Source: an archaeon GW2011_AR15 (GTDB lineage: Archaea; Nanobdellota; Nanobdellia; Woesearchaeales; GW2011-AR15). Taken from it: a stretch of 64,000 nucleotides of DNA. Location of the stretch: positions 160,001 to 224,000 of the forward strand of contig CP010425.1 of assembly GCA_000830295.1 (NCBI GenBank). The letters are read 5' to 3'. The notes under the pieces were generated by a model, which worked only from the letters and a program-made list of their open reading frames with translations, had not been told where the DNA came from and ran no database searches. Shown in pieces: positions 56,143 through 64,000 of the stretch. Position 1 is the stretch's first letter, and every line of letters starts with the position of its first letter. A program made the position numbers and the translations under genes.

Positions 56143-56535
56143 TTACTGTAAAAACGCCTCGCACCCCGCTTTCTGTGCAAGTTCCAGCAGGCCTCTTTCG
56201 CCATTAAGCTCTGAGCCGTCTGCAAATCTCCATGTAGGGTAGCCTGTTATACCCTCATTCTGGCACAGTTCTGTCTGCGTCCTCTGGGCTGTTGAGCATT
56301 CAACATAGCCGCCTGCAGCAGCAAATGTATCCCATGAGTCCCCGAACAGTTTCTTATTGTTCTGGCAGTGCGGGCACCACCATGCGCCATACATCACAAC
56401 CCCGTTATCAGCAAGACACTGTGCGAGTTCATCATACTGGCCTGAGGAGCTGGCCGCGGATCTGAAAATCAAAAATCCAACAATAGCTACAGCAATTATA
56501 ACAACGTAAACCAGATAGCTATTTTTCTTTTTCAT
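56143..56535 (-). CDS. Membrane-anchored thioredoxin-like protein (VKOR-partner type)
   Basis: MYGAWWCPHC..KKLFG, YVEC, C...GITGYPTW. Confidence 0.88.
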   Translation of the reverse strand: MKKKNSYLVYVVIIAVAIVGFLIFRSAASSSGQYDELAQCLADNGVVMYGAWWCPHCQNNKKLFGDSWDTFAAAGGYVECSTAQRTQTELCQNEGITGYPTWRFADGSELNGERGLLELAQKAGCEAFLQ

Positions 56536-56676
56536 TAAATTTTCAGAAACATGGTAACGTGCACCATTTTAAATATGTTTTGTTTGTGGCTGCTGCCATA
56601 GTCAAAAAATATATAAAGGCTCAAAGTCCTAATACATAAACGATGAGGAATGAGGGGTAGGGCCCATGATAGTACT

Positions 56677-59600
56677 ATGGATAACTCTATACAACTTTTG
56701 TATAAGAAAGCAGGCATAAGGAGAATTCTGTTTCTTGTTGCGCTGTGTTTCTTTGTCTATTTCATGTTCCTCACTGTTTTGCCCGGAAATGAAAGGGTGA
56801 TTGTGTGCGCTGCCAATGATAATTTCTGCACAGCATCAGACGGCGATACGGATGCAGGAGCATGCACTGCATATGGTACCTGTAATGGCGGTCCGGGATG
56901 GAGTCTGGGTTCTGGAGATTGTACTGGAGACGCCTCGTGTGCAACAACATCATGCTGTGGTGATGACGCGGGTGAAGCTGTTGTAGCGGAATCCTCAAGC
57001 ACAGATACTCCTTCAGGATATAATGATGCTGTAACGGCATGCTGTAATGTCGCTACAGACTGCAATTACAATGGCGCCTGTGTAGCAACAGGAAGCGCAA
57101 GTTCTGCTTCCACACCGGATAAAGCCTACTGCGGGACAGGCAGCACATGGTACGGAGGGGATTACTCAGAAGATGCATGCACTGCTGTTGCAGGAACCGG
57201 CAGCTGGAATATAGGCGGAGAAATAAACACCACTGTCTGCTGCGGCGACGACTCAGGAGAAAATAAAAATACAAGACAAGTAAGCGAAATCTCTATTGAT
57301 AATGGGTTTGCTGATAATTCAAGCGATAAAGCATGCTGTCTGGCAGGTGATTCATGCATCAGCTCGGGCACATGCTACGCAAACGGGACCTCACCTGCGG
57401 ATGTGGACGGCGACGGAGATAATGATTACTGTGATGCAGGAACATGGCAAGACTGCAATTCAGATAGTGACTGTTCTCCCGGACTAATTTGCTCCTCAAA
57501 CGACTGCACAGATGTAAACTTCCCTTATTTCACATCAATACCTGGTGATGAAACAACAACATACGGTAATTGGGAGGGAGTTGATTTTAATGCTGATGAT
57601 GCTATAGGCGTTGATACTTATGATGTTAACGACACCAGATTTACAATAAACTCATCCGGGTTCCTTGACGAAGACTCCGCAGTGTCTGCCGGGGCCTACA
57701 GTTTAAATGTTTCTGTAAATGACACATCTGGAAATACAAACTCAACAATATTCACACTAACTGTAAACAAAGCAACGCCTTCACTCAGTCTGAATTTCAA
57801 TAGTACCAGTGGGAATACCACAATATATACAGGAAGCTCTATGGTATTAAACGGCAGTATTGTGTCAGGGGACAGCGGCGCTGTATTGCAGCTCTATAAT
57901 AATGGAACCCTGGCCGATCAGGCAGCCGGCGCAGTAATCAATGATACTTTATTCGGCAGTGCAGGTACGTATAACATAACTGTAGTTTACATGGAGAGCC
58001 AGAATTACACTTCGGGGAGCCTGTCATACTTCATAGGTGTCAGCGACCCTGATTTAACAGCTCCATATTTCACATTAATCCCCTCAAATGCAACAATAAC
58101 CTACGGAAGCTGGGCAGGTGTTGATTTCAATGCTGATGATAACATTGACATCGGCGACTATACTGTCAACGACAGCAGGTTTACAATAAGTTCCTCAGGG
58201 CTTCTTGATGATGTCTCTGTGGTTGCTGCCGGAACATACAGCCTGGATATCACTATAAATGACACATCTGGAAATACAAACTCAACAGTATTCGGGCTGA
58301 CTGTCAACAGGGCAGCGTCTTCGCTTACCCTAACCGTGAACAGCACATCAGGCAATTCAACTGTGCATCTAGGAAGCGCCATACTGCTTAATTCTACTAT
58401 AGTATCAGGAGACACTGGTGCAACACTCCAGCTGTATAATAACGGGACATTAATCAATCAGGGAGCCGGATCAATAAGCAACAATACCCAGTTTAGCAGC
58501 AGCGGGCTGTATAACATAACTGCAGCCTATCCTGAAACCCAGAATTACACTTCAGGCAGCCAGACATATTATGTAACTGTTGCTGACATACTGCAGCCTT
58601 ACTTTACCGCAATACCTTCCAATGAAAGCATAATATACGGACAGAACTGGTCAGGCGCTGACTTTAATGCCACAGACAGCAATGGATTTGACTCCTATTC
58701 TGTAGCTGACAGCAGGTTTACAATAAATTCATCAGGATTCCTTGATGACGCCGCAATACTTAATGCCAGCGAGTATCTTATTAACATAACAATAAATGAC
58801 ACTTCCGGGAATTATAACTCAGCTATATTCAACCTGACTGTGTTCGCTGATTCAGATGGCGACGATATTGCAGATATAAATGACACTTTAAACGGAAATG
58901 AATCAACTCCTGCTGTCTCAGGGATAAACAACCTGAATATAACCATAAGAGGGAACTCTTCAAGAGGAAGCTTCCAAGGCAGGCATCCTGTTGTAATCAA
59001 GGAGGATTCAGATGTTCTTGTAAACTTCAGCCATAACTTCACAGCAGCACATCTTAACCTGAGCAAAGTGCACATAACAAAAGGGGATAACTTCATACTC
59101 CTGAATTTCTCAGGCCAGCTGCTGACAAATAAGACAGTGTATTTCGATGACAGCAGCTATATCAGCCTGTGCGTGAAAGATGCGCCTGTCTCTGCATCGT
59201 CTGATATAAGCGCCGCATGCACAGGAGCCAATGAGACAGACTTTACATCATGCATCGGCAATTCAACAGGGACAACAATAAACAATATCACATGCTATGA
59301 TGAAGGCTCAAGGTTTAAGTTTGACAACCTACATCATACAGGAATTAAGGGAAGCGCTGCTGCGGAAGAAGAGGAATCAGGAGGGAGCAGTTCTGGGGGC
59401 AGCAGCTCAGGGGGCTCTTCTGACCGCAAGTATGATTTCTCTGTTACGCCTGAAAAGACCACGCTAGGAATAAAGCAGGGCGAGACAAGGGAATTCACAT
59501 TAAGGGTTGCAAACAACAACTCATATAATATTGTGGTGAAAGCATGGTCAACCCTGGCTGAATTTATGACCCTCGAAGAGATAGATTACCATATCAGTGC

Positions 59601-60276
59601 AAATGACTATCAGGATATTGCTGTTATTGCTGCTGTCCCCAATGAAACAGAGCCGAAATCATATCTCGGTGATATAGTCTTCAGCTCCGGCAGCAGGACT
59701 CAATTTATTGATATAAGGATTGACGTTTTCCCCAAAGGCAGCCTGTTTGATATCATAACAGAGATGGACCAGAGATACGCTTCTGTCCTGCCAGGAGAAT
59801 ACCTGAAATTTGATGTCACTTTATTTAAATTCCTAGATGTTGCAACAGAGGATGTAACTATTGTATATCTAATCAAAGACACCTCCGGAAATGTGCTGTG
59901 GAAAGAGAGCGATACAAGGGCAGTGCACAAGGAGCTTGAGTACAACAGGGAGCTGAGGATTCCCTCAGACCTGCCTCCCGGGGATTACCTTCTGGAGACA
60001 AGCGTCAATTACCAGGGCAAGGCCGCAACCTCAGAACTCTCATTTACAGTTGTAAGCCCTGCTCCTGAGGCTCCGCCTGAAAACTATCTCTTCCAGATAG
60101 AGCTTCCTGCAATAAAGATTCCTGCAGAATTCTTTACTTCAAGAGCATTCATATCTGCCTTCCCAAGAGTGCTGCTTGTGGTGATTATTTTATTGTCAGG
60201 GTTAAAGCCTCCTGGAACTGCAAGGAAGGGAAAAAAAGCAGGAAAGGGGAATAAAAAGAGAAATTCTAAGTCATAG
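56677..60276 (+). CDS. Large cell-surface protein: Cys-rich N-terminus, repeated beta-sandwich units, C-terminal TM
   Basis: Signal anchor, CCGDD repeats, three PYFT.IP...YG units, many N-x-S/T sequons, GGSSS linker, TM plus basic tail. Confidence 0.85.
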   Translation: MDNSIQLLYKKAGIRRILFLVALCFFVYFMFLTVLPGNERVIVCAANDNFCTASDGDTDAGACTAYGTCNGGPGWSLGSGDCTGDASCATTSCCGDDAGEAVVAESSSTDTPSGYNDAVTACCNVATDCNYNGACVATGSASSASTPDKAYCGTGSTWYGGDYSEDACTAVAGTGSWNIGGEINTTVCCGDDSGENKNTRQVSEISIDNGFADNSSDKACCLAGDSCISSGTCYANGTSPADVDGDGDNDYCDAGTWQDCNSDSDCSPGLICSSNDCTDVNFPYFTSIPGDETTTYGNWEGVDFNADDAIGVDTYDVNDTRFTINSSGFLDEDSAVSAGAYSLNVSVNDTSGNTNSTIFTLTVNKATPSLSLNFNSTSGNTTIYTGSSMVLNGSIVSGDSGAVLQLYNNGTLADQAAGAVINDTLFGSAGTYNITVVYMESQNYTSGSLSYFIGVSDPDLTAPYFTLIPSNATITYGSWAGVDFNADDNIDIGDYTVNDSRFTISSSGLLDDVSVVAAGTYSLDITINDTSGNTNSTVFGLTVNRAASSLTLTVNSTSGNSTVHLGSAILLNSTIVSGDTGATLQLYNNGTLINQGAGSISNNTQFSSSGLYNITAAYPETQNYTSGSQTYYVTVADILQPYFTAIPSNESIIYGQNWSGADFNATDSNGFDSYSVADSRFTINSSGFLDDAAILNASEYLINITINDTSGNYNSAIFNLTVFADSDGDDIADINDTLNGNESTPAVSGINNLNITIRGNSSRGSFQGRHPVVIKEDSDVLVNFSHNFTAAHLNLSKVHITKGDNFILLNFSGQLLTNKTVYFDDSSYISLCVKDAPVSASSDISAACTGANETDFTSCIGNSTGTTINNITCYDEGSRFKFDNLHHTGIKGSAAAEEEESGGSSSGGSSSGGSSDRKYDFSVTPEKTTLGIKQGETREFTLRVANNNSYNIVVKAWSTLAEFMTLEEIDYHISANDYQDIAVIAAVPNETEPKSYLGDIVFSSGSRTQFIDIRIDVFPKGSLFDIITEMDQRYASVLPGEYLKFDVTLFKFLDVATEDVTIVYLIKDTSGNVLWKESDTRAVHKELEYNRELRIPSDLPPGDYLLETSVNYQGKAATSELSFTVVSPAPEAPPENYLFQIELPAIKIPAEFFTSRAFISAFPRVLLVVIILLSGLKPPGTARKGKKAGKGNKKRNSKS
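57520..58845 (+). repeat. Internal repeats of surface protein (about 2.5 units of about 540 nt)
   Basis: Recurring GACACATCTGGAAATACAAACTCAAC, CAGAATTACACTTC and related segments. Confidence 0.75.
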
Positions 60277-60319
60277 TCCTGAAAGTTTAGCAAAGTTTTT
60301 ATATTCCCCAGAATAATAT

Positions 60320-60772
60320 TTGGATATGAGTTTTTTAGGAGAGGTACTCACGAACAGGATAATTATAAGCGTAATCCTGACCTACATTGTAACAGGCGCC
60401 CTAAAGCTCCTTTTCTATTATCTTGGTACAGATGAATGGAATTTTATGGTATTTTTCAGGACAGGAGGCATGCCAAGCAGCCATATTGCCTCTGTTACTG
60501 CTATGAGCGCCGCAATATACCACCTTGAAGGCGTCTCCAGTCTCTTCATTGTGGCGCTTATACTCAGCTCAATAGTGACTGTTGATGCAATCGGCGCAAG
60601 AAGGGCTGCCGGCCAGCAGGCTCAGGTCATCAACAAGGTTGTTGATGAATTCAGGTATTTCAGGAAGTTCAGGACAAGGAGGCTCTATGAACTAATCGGG
60701 CATACCCCAAGACAGGCCCTTGTGGGATTTATAATAGGCATTATAGTCGCGAGAATTGTCTTTATGTTCTAG
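60320..60772 (+). CDS. Divergent PAP2 family protein (DUF212)
   Basis: TGGMPSSH, DA.G.RRAAG.QA, ELIGHTP. Confidence 0.92.
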   Translation: MDMSFLGEVLTNRIIISVILTYIVTGALKLLFYYLGTDEWNFMVFFRTGGMPSSHIASVTAMSAAIYHLEGVSSLFIVALILSSIVTVDAIGARRAAGQQAQVINKVVDEFRYFRKFRTRRLYELIGHTPRQALVGFIIGIIVARIVFMF

Positions 60773-61230
60773 ATTAGTGCTATAACAATGCCAATGAACA
60801 GGTAGACGATATTATCCCTGACAGGAAGAATAAGGTTATAGGCTAAATTTTCTTTAGTGTCATAATATACTGATGCTGTAAGCAGCCCGAATATGAATAT
60901 AAGGCCTGCTGCAAATGTGCCTGCTGTCTCAAACAGTATCACTGCAAGAAGGCTGTATGCCAAAACATCATTATACGGCAGGTTTGATTTCACATCCCAT
61001 AAAAAATACAGGACTGCAATTATCCCTGAAAGCGGTATTGAGATTGCAGGGCTTACTGCGAGGAACTTAAGGAAATAGAAGAAAACCAGGGACAGGACTA
61101 CGGGCCTTGCAAAAATAAAGTATTTTTTCCCTGCTTTAAGCTCCTCTTTTGTGAAATGCGAGATTATTGTCCCGACCAGAAGCCCGGAATATGTTACCAG
61201 CAGGAGCAGGATATGGTTGAGTGTCAGCAT
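60769..61230 (-). CDS. Membrane protein, unknown function
   Basis: 153 aa, multiple TM, TKEELKAGKKYF motif. Confidence 0.7.
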   Translation of the reverse strand: MLTLNHILLLLVTYSGLLVGTIISHFTKEELKAGKKYFIFARPVVLSLVFFYFLKFLAVSPAISIPLSGIIAVLYFLWDVKSNLPYNDVLAYSLLAVILFETAGTFAAGLIFIFGLLTASVYYDTKENLAYNLILPVRDNIVYLFIGIVIALI

Positions 61231-61265
61231 AGATCTGTTGTTTTATTCAGAGTTTATATTTGTAA

Positions 61266-62420
61266 CTAAATTTTCTTAATATATCCCCTGACATATTTCA
61301 GTATCTCCTCTCCTGATGCTATGTTGAAGCTTATTCCCCCTGCAGAATCGTGGCCTCCTCCTGAAAGCAGGGCGGCAGGGAACTCCTTCTTCAGCTTTTC
61401 CAGGAGGTCAACACCTTTAAAATCAACTCCGTCTGCCCTGTAGCTGATTGAATCTGCCGTAACTGCAAGCGTTATTTTGGGCCCCTCGACAAGCCTGTGG
61501 GATATCCCTATCAGTTTTGAGGATGCATATTCCCAGTCAGAGACAAGGCTTTTCTCTATTATGACTAATTTGAATTTTCCAAAATCCTCTATCTTTGCAT
61601 ATTTCTTTGCTGCTGCCCTTACTCTCTCTGTCTCCGCTTCAATCCTGGGATAGATTTCATTGATTATCCTGGTATTATTGGCTCCCGGCATGAACAAACC
61701 CTCAAGTATGTCTGTCCTCTCAGGGAATTTGAGGTAATAAGTATCATGGTCAATCACAGCTGCCCACTTCTCAAGCTCTTCTCTGGTGTATCCTGACAGC
61801 TTTACATACGCATCATTATCCTCTCCTGACGACTTGTCAGCGACTCCTGAGAGACCCGGGAGATGCTCTATTCCCTTTAGTGCAGGGTCAAGTATGACAG
61901 CAAGTTCTGTTGCAAGTGCGCCTGCATTCAGCTCTGAGCCGAGCCCGAAAACATGAGGGTTCAGGAAGCTTACTGCCTCGTGCTTGTTTTCAGCATCGAA
62001 CCTGTGGTGGTCTATTATTACAAATTCAATGCCGTATGTTTTCAGCCTCTTTATTGATGCCATGCTCTGCTCATTTGAGCCCAGGTCTGCAAGTATGATT
62101 AAAGGGGGCGTAGTGCTTTTTGAAGAAAGGAAATTATTGAGGTCGCGCAGTGCATCTGTGTAATCATAGAATGGTGTCCTGCTGGACGTTCTCATAATGT
62201 TCCTGCTGTAGCCAATTGAATTCAGTGCTTTTTCAAGCACAAACCCTGCAGCATATCCGTCTACGTCGTTATGATGGCGTATTACTACGAACCTGTTCTC
62301 GGAAACAGCTTTTCTTATTACTGATTCTGCCTTCAGGAAAGCCTCTTTCATCTTTTCAAGGTTCCCGGAATCTATAAGAAAACCTTTCTTCCTGTCTTTC
62401 ACAATGTCTTTTATCATCAT
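61266..62420 (-). CDS. DHH family phosphoesterase (RecJ-like)
   Basis: HHNDVDG, ADLGS, IIDHH, GGGHDSAG. Confidence 0.9.
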   Translation of the reverse strand: MMIKDIVKDRKKGFLIDSGNLEKMKEAFLKAESVIRKAVSENRFVVIRHHNDVDGYAAGFVLEKALNSIGYSRNIMRTSSRTPFYDYTDALRDLNNFLSSKSTTPPLIILADLGSNEQSMASIKRLKTYGIEFVIIDHHRFDAENKHEAVSFLNPHVFGLGSELNAGALATELAVILDPALKGIEHLPGLSGVADKSSGEDNDAYVKLSGYTREELEKWAAVIDHDTYYLKFPERTDILEGLFMPGANNTRIINEIYPRIEAETERVRAAAKKYAKIEDFGKFKLVIIEKSLVSDWEYASSKLIGISHRLVEGPKITLAVTADSISYRADGVDFKGVDLLEKLKKEFPAALLSGGGHDSAGGISFNIASGEEILKYVRGYIKKI

Positions 62421-62704
62421 CTTTCCAGAATATTTCCGTAGTCCCTTTTTCCCGAGTCCTGCCACGGGCTGTGACCGTAATGGACAAGGAGGTCCACGCC
62501 GAGCCTCTTGACTTCAAGAGGGAGGTCGCAGCTGCCGTAGCATGAGCCGCCCCAGATTATTACCTGGGCCCCTGTCTGCTTTTCTATCTCTTCCTGCATT
62601 TTTTTTGCATCCGGCTTTATGCCGTCCGGAAGATGAAGACAGACTGTCTTTGCTCCCTGCTTCTTTATCTCATCCACCAATCTCTTTATCTCAAGCTTAT
62701 ACAT
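62417..62704 (-). CDS. N-terminal-domain-only diphthamide synthesis protein (split Dph2)
   Basis: V.LHLPDGIK, SCYGSCDLP, DLLVHYGHS; stops at 95 aa with ATGA coupling to the DHH gene. Confidence 0.85.
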   Translation of the reverse strand: MYKLEIKRLVDEIKKQGAKTVCLHLPDGIKPDAKKMQEEIEKQTGAQVIIWGGSCYGSCDLPLEVKRLGVDLLVHYGHSPWQDSGKRDYGNILER

Positions 62705-62770
62705 ACTGCAAAGGGAGAAAGAGGCCATATATAAAAATGATTGGTAATCTCAGAAAAGGAAAAAATAAAT

Positions 62771-62896
62771 TTAGTCTGCGGCAACCTCAAGGGAATTGTC
62801 ATCTTCTGACTTTTTCCATTTCTTGCCGTTTTCATCGCATTTTGGAATATCCATAAAATAAGTTGTGTTTGTCTTTGACTTTCTTATTCTTGCCAT
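62771..62896 (-). CDS. 41-aa micro-ORF
   Basis: MARIRKSKTNTTYFMDIPKCDENGKKWKKSEDDNSLEVAAD*; AAGGATGA upstream; T-run after the stop. Confidence 0.4.
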   Translation of the reverse strand: MARIRKSKTNTTYFMDIPKCDENGKKWKKSEDDNSLEVAAD

Positions 62897-62930
62897 TGGT
62901 TCATCCTTGCTTAAAGCTGTCTCTGCTCTG

Positions 62931-63068
62931 TTATGATGATAAAAATAACTCGTCCATCTCCTCTTCAGTAAGATTCCTGTCGTTAATTGCCTTGGAGAAG
63001 TCCTTATTCCTTCTGGATGCATACCTTTTCACTTTTTTCAGAGTGTCTATGTCGTCTTGGTCGTACAT
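62931..63068 (-). CDS. 45-aa micro-ORF (not in ORF track)
   Basis: MYDQDDIDTLKKVKRYASRRNKDFSKAINDRNLTEEEMDELFLSS*; directly follows the structured leader. Confidence 0.5.
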   Translation of the reverse strand: MYDQDDIDTLKKVKRYASRRNKDFSKAINDRNLTEEEMDELFLSS

Positions 63069-63082
63069 CTTCCATCACGGTT

Positions 63083-63160
63083 AAGACTTTTTGCGTAAGG
63101 GCTGTTCTTGTGGGTGGGGTGATAGTAAGAAATTTGCCCTTACGCAAAAGTTCTTACTAT
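63083..63160 (-). ncRNA. Candidate structured leader/sRNA with interleaved helices
   Basis: 14-bp stem 63089-63102/63136-63149, 10-bp pairing 63122-63131/63151-63160, TTTATATA box about 20 nt upstream. Confidence 0.5.
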
Positions 63161-63235
63161 GAAGTAGTGGTGTTGAGTATATAAATCTTTCTATTTTTAA
63201 CTATTATAGAGTAACAACTTGATTAATATGGAGAA

Positions 63236-63562
63236 TTATTTTGTTTTGGCAGGAGAATATGGAAAGCGCATGTAGTTCCTGCATTTATGGCAGAAATAGA
63301 CAACTTTCTGGCCTGTCAGCCTTACACGGCAATTAGCTCCAGGAACTAGATAGGTGTAGCAGTGCTTGCAGAACCTTCTCTTGTGCTGCCTTGGCATTGT
63401 GACCTTGTATTTCATGCCTATTTTCCTGGCCAGTTCTACATACCTGTCTGCAAGATCAGGGCTTTTCCTGAAAACTTTCTCTGCCTGGCTGAAGAGCTCA
63501 TTTATCCTCTCCAGGGCTATCTCCTTCAGCTGGCCTGATTTTTTGCTGTGCGGCCTTTTCAT
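63236..63562 (-). CDS. rnp4: Ribonuclease P protein component 4 (Rpp21)
   Basis: IALERINELF, A.RYV.LARKI, KRRFCKHC...L.PG.N.RVR, C.KC....RFPY. Confidence 0.95.
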   Translation of the reverse strand: MKRPHSKKSGQLKEIALERINELFSQAEKVFRKSPDLADRYVELARKIGMKYKVTMPRQHKRRFCKHCYTYLVPGANCRVRLTGQKVVYFCHKCRNYMRFPYSPAKTK

Positions 63563-63635
63563 GGCAGGAGAGAATTGGGGCAGCTTAATAATTGTTGCCA
63601 CAAAATTTATAACCCCAAAATGAATTAATAGGGCC

Positions 63636-63896
63636 ATGGGCCACATATTCTGCCGGCTGAGGAATGTCAGTGTAAGTGATATAAGGGCAAGGCTGAAGGC
63701 AGATGAAAAAGAGCATGCCAAATACGGCCTCTATCTTGAAAATGTCTGGCAGAATGCAGATAATCCTGATGAAGTGCTGTTTTTGTTCAGGGCATATGAC
63801 CTGAAGAAAGCAAGGGATTTCATTGAGGCCAAGCATAAAGAGACGCTTGAGCAGAACCCAGAGGCTAATCTCCCGCAGATGATATTTCTTGAGTGA
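63636..63896 (+). CDS. Small hypothetical protein (dimeric alpha/beta barrel-like)
   Basis: H.KYGL....VWQNADNPDEV.FLF...DL.KA..F. Confidence 0.65.
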   Translation: MGHIFCRLRNVSVSDIRARLKADEKEHAKYGLYLENVWQNADNPDEVLFLFRAYDLKKARDFIEAKHKETLEQNPEANLPQMIFLE

Positions 63897-63916
63897 ATAG
63901 GCTGTTTTCAATCAAC

Positions 63917-64000
63917 TTATAGTTCCAGAAGTTTTTCGAGTAAAGGGAATTCTTTGTAGGGCTGATTGAAAGACTCAGAGCCCATATGCCCTTCTCCATG
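63917..64000 (-). CDS. C-terminus of probable RBBP9/YdeN alpha/beta hydrolase (truncated by window)
   Basis: HGEGHMGSESFNQPYKEFPLLEKLLEL*. Confidence 0.6.
   Translation of the reverse strand, partial: HGEGHMGSESFNQPYKEFPLLEKLLEL

Noticed and set aside
59380-59420. GGSSS tandem repeat
   Set aside because: Ordinary low-complexity linker in a surface protein; codons are varied, so not a contingency locus

Overview
Gene-dense chromosomal window from a small-genome archaeon, most likely DPANN/Woesearchaeota-like (inference). The evidence is archaeal uS15, uL11, Rpp21, ZPR1, Dph5/Dph2, Pth2, ScpA, FtsZ, two intron-containing tRNAs, TATA-box and mostly leaderless promoters, and bacterial-type GAPDH, SufE and DsbA. 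I saw no CRISPR array, rRNA, transposase or integrase. Most genes are housekeeping or small hypotheticals. The most interesting signals are non-coding or regulatory: (i) a family of long-stem hairpins with C-rich, anti-Shine-Dalgarno-like loops, namely a four-hairpin ~200-nt candidate RNA at 26.56-26.76 kb, a switch/pseudoknot-like leader at 63.1 kb, and one hairpin downstream of ftsZ; (ii) a probable DtxR metal regulon, with the same 16-bp box in front of an FTR1 iron permease that has no canonical start codon and in front of one of two paralogous uncharacterised membrane proteins; (iii) two tiny insertion scars duplicating the 3' ends of pth2 and tRNA-Arg. Protein-level oddities include an orphan 474-aa Pol-beta nucleotidyltransferase, a class-III aminotransferase/kinase-like pair, a degenerate PEP-synthase N-domain protein, an N-terminal-only Dph2, an extended uL11, a Zn-ribbon protein with a histone-H1-like tail, and a DsbA/thioredoxin cluster facing a Cys-rich 1200-aa surface protein. 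All calls come from reading motifs by eye; no database searches were run.
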